A stretch of 64,000 bases of DNA, from assembly GCA_003707115.1 (NCBI GenBank), contig PPNB01000014.1:62001-126000 (forward strand), in the 5' to 3' direction. This document shows, piece by piece, positions 10,001 to 18,886 of the stretch (positions within the stretch are counted from its first letter, which is position 1; each line of letters starts with the position of its first letter). This DNA comes from Tortispora ganteri. Lineage: Eukaryota. The translations under genes were made by a program, and so were the position numbers. The notes under the pieces were generated by a model that made no database searches, was not told the DNA's origin, and was given only the letters and a program-made list of their open reading frames with translations.

Positions 10001-11924
10001 CATGTATGTTATCATGCAAATCTAAAAGAGAGTGCTTCGTATAAAGAGAGTCGATCGGAATAGTGCTGCCGACGTTCCTGTATATTACTATGAAGATCTT
10101 CACACCTTGCTCAGCTTTGCGTTTCAGGACCCTATCTATGCGCCATTCTTGATTGCCTAAAGGAGGTCGACGGAGGTAGAGTTCAGGGCTGAGCCACCAG
10201 TCATGAATAAAGATAGTATCTTTAGCCATTTCAAGGGCCACACTGAGGTCCCAAAAGTAGTCACGGCCATCAACATAATACTGTGCCATGCAATTGGATC
10301 TGACAGGGGCAAAACTGTCAAAACGATGAGGCTGCGCCCACAAACTGTTATTAGCAATAGTTGTCAAGCTATTAACCCATAACCGCACAGATCGAGCGGA
10401 CAAAGTGACGAGATCAAGTTTGCGCTCTCTATTTGATATTTGGAAAGCAAATCGGAACTTTCCAGCGGATATTACCAGATCGTCGTCGTTGCGTTCGTTC
10501 TCGGCGACGGAGTTGGCTTTCACTTTAAAGCTAGGGTCGATGAGAAATACATCCAGTAGGGTCAATTCGCATGCATTTGCAACACATACTATGTAAGAGT
10601 GACGTACCAGGTACCATCGAATAGAGTGACGATCAAACATGGCCTTGAAGTCACCAAGACTGTAATAACTGACTCTCCATCCAGCAGCTTTGGCGGTCGA
10701 CTTATTAACTAGAAATCCTTCTCTTCCATGATAAGAAGACTCATATGCTAGTCTAAATCCAAGGTATGAAAATTCAAGAAATCTGCATATATGGTTAGCC
10801 TCAGCACTAAACATGAGCGAATTGATCAAGCTACGCAGATACTCACTGACGCTCAGAAGTTGTTGTTTCACTGTAGATTTGCGATGCTTATTGAAATAAC
10901 TTTTGCGTCTGTTCATCCGTCTAAGAGATTCAGCATCTTCGTTAGGAAGAATTTCGTGGTTTGGAGGCCAGACGTAGGCCCGGAGGAAAGAGTTGTTGTC
11001 GAAGTCGTTGAACACCAGGAAGTCGTCAGCGATCGTATGCGGGTTCAAGCCTTCAGTTTTTCTGTGACCAGGGAACACAAAGTTAGGAAATCTTGGCAAT
11101 GGCCTGCTTGGCGGAGCGGTGTGGCCAAACTCCTTGAATTTAACGCGAGAATGAAGGCTCAAGAAATCGCGGATATCTCTGTCGACATGCCACACCATCC
11201 TTGTGACGCCCGAACCATATTCGAGGTAGATTCTAAACACCTGATATTTTTGGTTGGAAGATATCGGGGCGATTTTTATGTTCAACTGCTCAAAGAGGAT
11301 AGGTATGCGTCTGACCCCTTCCTTATTTCGTTGGAAGTAAGAGGCAAAAATCAGGCCGGCAGGGACGCCAGCCGAAAGTTCAGTGACCAATGCGGTTGAC
11401 TTCTGGTACTGTCGTATTTCATGTTTTTTCTTGTACCGCAAAAACTTGCTCACGTTTGTTTTGATACCTTTCCAGCGGTTAGGAGGAGTCTTACCGGATT
11501 CGTCACCAGAATGTGCCTGATCAGTTCCCTTAACGTTAAGAGAGCTGAACCGGCGATGCAAGATATCGGAGTTCAGATTGTTAAACACATCTCTCCATGC
11601 TTTTGGACGTTGTGGGTTGTGGTGTTTTGAGTCAAGATGTGACTCGGGTGAGCGGTCTTCTAGTACCGCCTCACTTTCGTGCGTACTGGGGACCTGCGAT
11701 GGCGATACCGCACCGTCATGGATGTCATGCGCGAAACCCAGAGGGTTAGAATGCGAACTAAAGTAGTCATGAACCTGATTGTCGCTCTCGTCCTCGCTGT
11801 TTGGAACGGTAGGGTGTTCCTCTGAGCGTAGTTGGTTTCGAGACGAACTGCCGCCTTGTGTACTATTTGAAGTCACTACTTGTTTGACCGCAGATCGTAA
11901 ATTATTCACAGCGTCAATGGCCAT
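7035..11924 (-). CDS. SPO14: Phospholipase D1 (Spo14)
   Basis: Two HKD motifs (HHEKLCVID; IHSKCMIVD), IGSANINERS, PRMPWHD, upstream PX/PH-like region. Confidence 0.97.
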   Translation of the reverse strand: MAIDAVNNLRSAVKQVVTSNSTQGGSSSRNQLRSEEHPTVPNSEDESDNQVHDYFSSHSNPLGFAHDIHDGAVSPSQVPSTHESEAVLEDRSPESHLDSKHHNPQRPKAWRDVFNNLNSDILHRRFSSLNVKGTDQAHSGDESGKTPPNRWKGIKTNVSKFLRYKKKHEIRQYQKSTALVTELSAGVPAGLIFASYFQRNKEGVRRIPILFEQLNIKIAPISSNQKYQVFRIYLEYGSGVTRMVWHVDRDIRDFLSLHSRVKFKEFGHTAPPSRPLPRFPNFVFPGHRKTEGLNPHTIADDFLVFNDFDNNSFLRAYVWPPNHEILPNEDAESLRRMNRRKSYFNKHRKSTVKQQLLSVSEYLRSLINSLMFSAEANHICRFLEFSYLGFRLAYESSYHGREGFLVNKSTAKAAGWRVSYYSLGDFKAMFDRHSIRWYLVRHSYIVCVANACELTLLDVFLIDPSFKVKANSVAENERNDDDLVISAGKFRFAFQISNRERKLDLVTLSARSVRLWVNSLTTIANNSLWAQPHRFDSFAPVRSNCMAQYYVDGRDYFWDLSVALEMAKDTIFIHDWWLSPELYLRRPPLGNQEWRIDRVLKRKAEQGVKIFIVIYRNVGSTIPIDSLYTKHSLLDLHDNIHVIRSPNQWIQNTYFWAHHEKLCVIDESIAFVGGIDLCYGRYDTPQHVLDDSGDTGFNYKGDESKLHFENHLSLWPGKDYSNPRVLDFHTLDRPYDDLYDRNIVPRMPWHDIHMRVAGQPARDIGRHFVQRWNYLVRQKRPSRPTPLLLPAPDYNPIELKALGFEGTCEVQILRSACAWSTGLHSEFTESSIHTAYLKCIESSEHFVYIENQFFISSTVVENEEIENRIADALVERIIRADKNNENWRAVIIIPLMPGFEANVDEANGSSLRRIMLCQYKSISRGKRSIFGRLRTVGISPEDYIHFFSLRKWGKIGQKQHLATEQLYIHSKCMIVDDKVAIIGSANINERSMRGSRDSEVAVIVRDRDQFESRMAGNKYMVSRFAHNLRVRLMREHLGVDVDELEGLTSIILSKFQNQVSNDAENAKHTPSVGQDQDSMSSEVLAAAEKLQNNLKAYELPGSKGKDYSTSVMSLLDEIDGKSETSNEERPSRQRLRSLQNIKNARSSTNESIESSMRRYSLTDMENVYDRQKREGSLDARSDISKNELLEEAGYIHDSVVRALNEFRSFNSEGGEGNRGLRDKKNFSTDSRIQGNIDHRMDVEGNGVDRKEKWATMAVRFKKYVDDSKCGKDQLWTKLANDLFKAVNDYDQDPDHNSESTFDEKMNEAFDACGLDYSQVDHYIRTGRFQKAADFEEKLSSMAKHRGSSNLYPHIEESESDDSPNESPHAQTHKLARLNSIGDNSTTKRRDSRASRTSRTSQLQSDSPVADAEAQAMLDEPELNIDPFNFEDPLDESFYVDVWLEAAYRNTEIFRKVFRCQPDDNVRDWRDYRSYSAYNNRFMESQDASFEQYNVIFRNEPEDSDDKKEEVAEKDLTSKEDTPDSVTKEESPEANSDTNTRHLNGYSDTGGYSDSRKKRVNRRGNYTKIFRRAIFDGTTERLLDRETAENLLSRIRGHLVIFPVNWLLKEEEGGNWFYNTDQLPPLAIYD

Positions 11925-12272
11925 CACTGCGTAAGTGAATGTCTAAGTATGATTTCAGAGTAATTTGGCAGTATACGATAAGTACCTGGGACCCTCAAAA
12001 GTCAAGCGCCCTGCAGCTTATGGTCCTATGCCAAGCGCGTAGTGGGTTGGTATATTCAAGGCGGGGGATCCACAGGCTGACACGTAAGCGCCTGTATTCT
12101 TAGAAATGCCGCCAAAACTAGAGAACGAGCAGATTATGCAGTTGTTAGCTATTAAATGTAAATAAAATTATGAAATTCGTTCAAAAATGATGCAAAAGCA
12201 TTAAATTGAGCAGTTTTGTATTCCCTTCATTTACAGCTTATATAGTACTGGACCATAGTATTGCTTGAGCTA

Positions 12273-12354
12273 TTCCTCGTGGCCCAATGGCAAGGCGTTC
12301 GCCTACGATTGTGTCACTAGCGAAAGATTCCAGGTTCGACCCCTGGCGGGGAAG
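12273..12354 (+). tRNA. tRNA-Arg(ACG) with a 10-nt intron (12309-12318)
   Basis: Acceptor TTCCTCG/CGGGGAA, anticodon stem TTCGC/GCGAA, loop CT-ACG-A interrupted at the canonical 37/38 position, T-arm CCAGG-TTCGACC-CCTGG; mature length 72 nt. Confidence 0.95.
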
Positions 12355-12357
12355 CTC

Positions 12358-12374
12358 TTTTTTTCTCTTTTTTT
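12358..12374 (+). terminator. RNA polymerase III oligo(T) terminator
   Basis: Two T-runs immediately after the tRNA discriminator base. Confidence 0.8.
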
Positions 12375-12433
12375 TGCTTATTTCTAATTTTGCAGAACAA
12401 ATTACAATTGCCTAGACTGAATCGTGACAATTA

Positions 12434-12647
12434 TTACCCGCTCAATTATATGCTAGACCATCTGCAGCCATTGTCATTATGGCAAAATTGCGCCTGACCT
12501 CATCCCCGGGACCCGATTTTTTGTTTTCCTGCCCCAATATAAAAAAAAACCGCTCCGGGTAAATAACTACTACTCTGGTCGATCAATGGGACTCACCCTC
12601 TTTTTACCGTCTACCGGAACCAATTATTTAGCTGAAAATATATAAAG
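12434..12647 (+). promoter_or_regulatory. TKL1 promoter: two Reb1-type sites and a TATA box
   Basis: TTACCCG at ~12434, CCGGGTAA at ~12555 and TATATAAA at ~12639, about 60 nt before the ATG. Confidence 0.45.
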
Positions 12648-12703
12648 GACTTTGTTCCAACTTTTTGTCTTTTTCTCTAACTAGCAAACTAAGAAATATC
12701 ACT

Positions 12704-14881
12704 ATGTCGTTCACAGATATCGACTGGAAAACAATTAACACCATTCGTGTGATGGCGGTAAGTAATTTTGCAATTAGTCCCCTCCCCCCACATAACCGCT
12801 TTGCTCATCGCTGCAATTGCCACAGTGATGTAGAATATCGTGGAAAATTATGCCCACTCCGATTGAAGTACTAACATAATTAGATGGATGCTACAAGCAA
12901 CGCCAACAGCGGACATCCTGGTGCCCCAATGGGTTTGGCTCCTCTAGCTCATGTCCTTTTTAACCGGTTCATGTCCTTCAATCCTAAGAACCCCAAGTGG
13001 CTCAACCGCGACCGCTTCGTTCTTTCGAACGGTCACGCCTGTATGCTCCAGTATGCCCTTTTGCACCTATATGGTTACAACCTGTCTCTCGAGGATATCA
13101 AGAACTTCCGTTCTCTCCATTCCAAGACTCCAGGCCACCCTGAAGTTTTGGACACTGAAGGTATCGAAGTAACCACCGGACCTCTTGGCCAGGGTATCTC
13201 CAATGCTGTCGGAATTGCTCTTGCTGCTAAAAGCGCTGCTGCTGAGTTTAATAAACCCGGCTACACTCTTTTCGACAACTACACCTACGCCATTTTCGGC
13301 GATGGCTGTATGATGGAAGGTGTCGCCTCTGAGGCGTGCTCTCTAGCAGGTCATCTTCAGCTCGATAACTTGATCGCTTTTTATGACGACAACCATATTA
13401 CTATTGATGGTGATATCAATTGTGCTTTTACTGAAGACGTTCTAAAACGCTTTGAGGCCTACGGCTGGCACACCATCTGCGTCGAGGACGGTAATAACGA
13501 CCTCGCAGGAATTGCTGCGGCTATTGAGGCTGCTAAGGCCGTCAAGGGCAAGCCAACCGTTATAAAGGTTACTACGACCATCGGTTTTGGCTCACTCCTG
13601 GCTGGAACTCACTCGGTTCACGGCTCCCCATTGAAGGCCGATGATATCGCTCAAGCTAAAAAGGCCTTCGGTTTTGATCCTGAGAAGTCTTTTGACTACC
13701 CCCCTGAGGTTTACGAGTACCTCGCTAAGCATGCACACGAAGGCGCCGACGCTGAAAAGGCATGGAATGAGTTATTGGAATCGTACGCTAAGGAGTATCC
13801 TACTGAAGCCGCAGAGCTTGTTCGTCGCCGCGATCATAAACTGCCTGAAGGCTGGGAGAAACTTCTTCCTACATACACTCCGGAAGATCCTGCTATTGCT
13901 ACGCGTAAACTCTCCGAAACTGTTTTTGAAAAAATTTACCAAGGAGTTCCTGAGTTGATTGGTGGTTCTGCTGATCTTACTGGATCGAACCTTACTCGAT
14001 GGAAGAAAGCTATTGATTTCCAACCTCCTTCTACACAACTAGGAGATTACTCAGGTAGATACATTAGATATGGTGTTCGCGAACACGGTATGGGTGCGAT
14101 CATGAATGGTATTGACGCTTTCGGAATTCATATTCCCTACGGTGGCACCTTCTTGAATTTTGTTTCTTACGCTGCTGGTGCTGTGAGATTATCTGCTATC
14201 TCACAGCATCATGTCATCTGGGTGGCCACTCACGACTCTATCGGACTTGGAGAAGACGGTCCTACTCATCAGCCTATCGAAACTTTGGCGCATTTAAGAG
14301 CACTTCCTAATACTATGGTATGGCGCCCGGCCGACGGTAATGAAGTCTCAGCTGCGTACTATGTCTCTCTTAAGACCAGACTTCCATCAATTATTGCTTT
14401 GTCTCGCCAAAACTTGCCTCAGCTTAATGGATCTTCCATTGAGAAAGCTGCCAAGGGCGGATATACACTGGTAGATACACCAAAGGCTGATATCATCCTT
14501 GTCGCTACAGGTTCTGAAGTTAGTCTTGCCGTCGAATCTTTACCTTTGCTTGAAGAGAAGGGAATTAAAGCCTCTGTCGTTTCCCTTCCTGATTGGTACA
14601 CCTTTTCCCAACAGAGCTCAGAATATCAGCTTAGTGTTTTGCCTGATGGCGTGCCTGTTCTTGCCATCGAAGTACTCTCGTCAAGCGGATGGCAAAAATT
14701 CTCACACGAGCAGTTTTGTTTGGATCGCTTCGGAGCTTCTGGTGCCTACAAAGACGTGTATAAGTCTTTTGACTTTGTGCCAGAAGGTGTAGTGAAGCGC
14801 GCTCTTGCAACTGTTGAGTTCTATAAGGACGTCAGCTACATTAAGTCTCCATTGAAGAAGGCATTTGATCCCGTTAAGTAA
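12704..14881 (+). CDS. TKL1: Transketolase; exons 12704-12757 and 12884-14881
   Basis: Exon 1 MSFTDIDWKTINTIRVMA, GTAAGT donor at 12758, TACTAAC 12869-12875, TAG at 12883 (126-nt phase-0 intron); SGHPGAPMG, GDGCMMEG, THDSIGLGEDGPTHQPIE. Confidence 0.97.
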
Positions 14882-16743
14882 GGCTATAAGTACTAACTGG
14901 TTCTTTTTTATACTATACATTGCGTTTCTACCGTTAAACTCACGTGCACTAATTAACTTAGCCGATTTGTAGAGAATCACATCATTTTTTAAAATATCCG
15001 GATAGATTACTGTTTTGAGAATTTGGGCGAAAAGTGATAAGAAATCAACCTCATACAAAACATTTCCGTTAAGTAAAACACTAACCGGACTTAAGAACTG
15101 AAGGCTTAGCAAGTGTAAGAGCTAAGAATAAAAGATTATAATTGCAAGTCACACCCGATTGACTTCTGTGGGGTTTCACGCTTGTCAAGATTCCAAAGAA
15201 AGCCGAGTATAGAAATTTCCGTATTCAATTTAAGGAAAAAGACAATTCATAAATGATTGCTAAATTAGTTAACAAGCGTTCGGATAAGAAAAAATTAAGA
15301 TTAAACTTCTCAAAGCTTCTCCGGTTTGTGAAAAATAACGAGTTCATTAGTGGAACGGTATCCTTATACTGCGTTACGGATAGAAAAGATTATTCTGCAG
15401 CTCTTTGAATAGGCCAGACATAAAGTATTAATCTTTTTACAGTTTGAGAAGTTTGAGGTCGGAAACAAAGAAACGCAATAAACACCATAGAAAGCAAAAT
15501 TTGAAAGTAAAAAAAAAAAAACTGCGTATGAAGAATCAAACATCATACCTGTTAATAAATCCACTGGAGTTTCTTGGATTATATCCTAATAATGTGATTA
15601 AGATACTGCAGCGACATTAAAGAGATGCAATCCAGTTTGTGATAGTTATAATGATCGCTCCTTATCTGGCGCACATGGGGTATCGATGCCAATATAAAGT
15701 TCAATCAAAAAGTTAGTGACGGGTCTCAGCTCATTTAGAGCCATAGTTAAACACTGAGTGCAATATTTTACCTTGTTCCTTTATAAAATATTCACATTTC
15801 GTACAGTGAGTGGTATTCGCCCGTACGCACACCTATTCAACCAACAATACTGTAGGTCAAAACAAGAATCGATTCAACAATTTGTTAACTAGTCTATTAT
15901 ACCGCTTGTTTGTTGAATCTGTTCAGTATCCCACGTTATCTCAATATTATAAGGTTAGAGTTAGCGTTTAGATGGCGTTCTCTGATTTCTGTAATTTAGC
16001 TTAAGTTTTGAGAGTTTAACTCTCAAAGAGAAAACTATTTAACTCAAAAGGTTGCGCGTGACTGACGAATTAGCTTGCAGCGAGGAATATCGCATAATAG
16101 CCAATGAAACGAAGTACACCGGAGCTAACTTCTCTAGTTATGCTAAAAGCGATCAGTTAGAGTGTGAGCAAAAGTTCATGAGCTAAGTGTGGTCATTGTG
16201 GTTGGTCATCGTGAGTAGATTTTGCAATCAGACCTTATACGATCATGCGAAACGTTTTTTTTTTTTTTCAGGATAAGAAATCTGAGTCCCATGAAATTGT
16301 CCTGACGATCGAAGATCTAAGTAAGCTGGGGAGGTGAAAATAAAGCTTGAGCTTAAGTGGATCGTAATTTTCATTCTCGATCGTTCCCGCGCAGTTATTT
16401 GCGCCAAATAAGCTTTAAAGGGTGTGTTCTTATTCAATCTTAATCTTATCTTTCTGAAAACAGAACTGTAGCTGCAAAGAAACGCATGACTAAAATTAGC
16501 CTACTCGGTATAAGGACAATTTAAATACCTTTAAAAGTCGCTTTTCATATTGGCACCCCTTCAGTTCTACCAAAGAGCAGAACATTTGTCTTTCTTTGAT
16601 ACATCCAGTTCATATTCAGCATCCGTTGTTATACGTTCTCGTATTTCCGTTCCATAGTGCGCACTTGCTCACGCTGATAAAAGAGGATTTTATAACACAT
16701 TTATCTAAACCAATATTCATAGAAGCAATAACCAAGCAAAACT

Positions 16744-18552
16744 ATGCATGAGGGTTTTTCGTTAGTATCTGAATTTTACACCACTGATCCATTTACATGG
16801 AACGGTGCACCACTTTCGCCAGTAGACTATGAATCAAATAGCGACAATAACACTGCACCTTCTCCTCTCTTTTTTCTAGAAGGGCAAGATTCCGAGACTC
16901 AAGCAAGTCATTTACTTTTACCGGAAAACGATCCGAATCGCAACTTCTTCAAATCAGAAGCATCTAGCGCATTTAGACACGACAGTTCGCTATCAGAGTC
17001 GTTCAATTTTATGGCTTGCACATCTCCAGGAAATCTTATGCTTTCGTCGGCGGGAAATGGTTCTGATATTACGAACAACGTGGCCGATGAGGAGCGACGT
17101 CCTCTGCCGAGTACAAACAGTTTTCACCAGCATGGGAGACTTATTAGATCCGACACTATGTCATCTAGTATACTGCATCGAAGCTGCACGCCGGAAGTGC
17201 TGACAGTCGGAAGCTACTCTCAATTGACAGACTACTCCGGCGCGCCATCACCGGCCGGAGATTCGGTATTCGATTTCAATTCAGGACTTTCAGATATAGA
17301 CAATTTATCTCTATTTGATTCAGATGCTGATGAGATCCCAATGGGACTTGCAGTCTCTCAGCACTCTAATGCAAAGCCTACCGTTTTTGAGGGTGAAATG
17401 ATTAACGGAAACTTGATTGAGATTGGACGTCTAACGGCAAATGGTACGGTGCGTCCTGAAGTCGATAGAGAAATGCATATCAAGACAAGTTTTGAAAATT
17501 ACCAACTCTCAAAATCGGAGAAGTCATCTGATCAGTTCAACAAAGCGCGCCAGTTCAATGACCAACTGATTTGGAGTTCATGGCAGATTCATAATGGCAA
17601 CGAGGCAGATTTAGCAGAGTGGTATGGAGACAGCGAAGATTGTGAGGATAAAGAGAAGCTGAAGGAAGCGCAACTGCGAGCACGAAGAAATGCTATTTCA
17701 GGAATGGCTAGGATAAAGCGAGGAGATATATCAGACTATCGAGTGGAGCTCTCACCTATGACTAAAGAACGAGCATCAGCACTATTGAATCAGGCAGAAG
17801 ACAAAGAAGTTCCGCGAGCGCTGGTGGAAGATGTGATCTGTCGGTCATATGATCAGAGCCGCAATGTATTATACATAACCAAGCAGTCAGTAGAAGCGTC
17901 ATTGGAGACCAAACAACAGCAGGCGGCAAACAGCGATGAAGGAGAGCCAGCCTCGACGCCACTATCGTCATCAGCAACAGCGACAGGTGGTGGCTGCTTC
18001 GATGCGAAAAAATCGGAACGGGTTAAGAAACCGCTGAACTCGTTTATGATGTACAGGAAATACCAAATCCGACGATTTTACCCGGAACTGCTGCGCAAGG
18101 AAACACCGATGTCGCGACCAAAGGGACGTAAGCAGCGACGCAGTAACGATACGCTACAGCACTTGTCGCCGCAAATCAGGTTCAACCATGTTTCGCAAGT
18201 AATGGCGTTGTTGTGGAATACAGAGGGACCGCAAGTCAAGAACCAGCTTTCTCGAATCGCAATTGAAGGCAAAGAGATGCATCACCTTCTACATCCTGAG
18301 TTCAAATACTCCAAAAGCAGCAGCAGGAAGGATAAATCGAAGAGTGATAGTAGCGATGCGCAAAAGACTGGTACAAATGGGAAGCCAAATGTGGCAAAAA
18401 AGGAACAGATCAAAAGGGTACAGAGCAGCTATGTTCCTACGGGCATTTTAGCGACAGCTGATGCTGACTCGTATGCCTCTGTCTCGACACAATTTCGTCC
18501 TAAAACTGGCGGACTTGTCGTTGATGTCTTTGATTCACACACTTTAATGTAA
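16744..18552 (+). CDS. Sequence-specific HMG-box transcription factor (MATA_HMG/Ste11/Rox1 class)
   Basis: RVKKPLNSFMMYRK...VSQVMALLWNTE...HHLLHPEFKYS; long acidic Ser-rich N-terminus and basic tail. Confidence 0.85.
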   Translation: MHEGFSLVSEFYTTDPFTWNGAPLSPVDYESNSDNNTAPSPLFFLEGQDSETQASHLLLPENDPNRNFFKSEASSAFRHDSSLSESFNFMACTSPGNLMLSSAGNGSDITNNVADEERRPLPSTNSFHQHGRLIRSDTMSSSILHRSCTPEVLTVGSYSQLTDYSGAPSPAGDSVFDFNSGLSDIDNLSLFDSDADEIPMGLAVSQHSNAKPTVFEGEMINGNLIEIGRLTANGTVRPEVDREMHIKTSFENYQLSKSEKSSDQFNKARQFNDQLIWSSWQIHNGNEADLAEWYGDSEDCEDKEKLKEAQLRARRNAISGMARIKRGDISDYRVELSPMTKERASALLNQAEDKEVPRALVEDVICRSYDQSRNVLYITKQSVEASLETKQQQAANSDEGEPASTPLSSSATATGGGCFDAKKSERVKKPLNSFMMYRKYQIRRFYPELLRKETPMSRPKGRKQRRSNDTLQHLSPQIRFNHVSQVMALLWNTEGPQVKNQLSRIAIEGKEMHHLLHPEFKYSKSSSRKDKSKSDSSDAQKTGTNGKPNVAKKEQIKRVQSSYVPTGILATADADSYASVSTQFRPKTGGLVVDVFDSHTLM

Positions 18553-18886
18553 AGAGAAATGATACCTGTATAGTAGTTATATTGTTGTTGGTGTAGTCAA
18601 GTTGAAAAATGACACGTTCTGTCGCCAATCACCTTTCGACTTTCAAACCTTAACCTTAATTCTATTGTCACTTAATAAATCATAGACGTATATATCAACG
18701 CATACAGCAATAGCAATAACAGCCCCTATATTCCCGAGTGCAGAAGTTAGAACCATACTGGTTTACAATAAAGCTCTTATTGGCAGTAAAAGTGTTCATA
18801 AAGGCATTGAACTACGTAGATATACAAATTTGCTGGAATAAACCGCATGCACAAGCGCCTCTCCCTCGACCGCGAAATTGACGAGT

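Noticed and set aside
18128..18159. GTAAGC...CAG candidate intron inside the HMG box
   Set aside because: Only 32 nt, no CTRAC branch point, and removal would frameshift the conserved helices 2-3.
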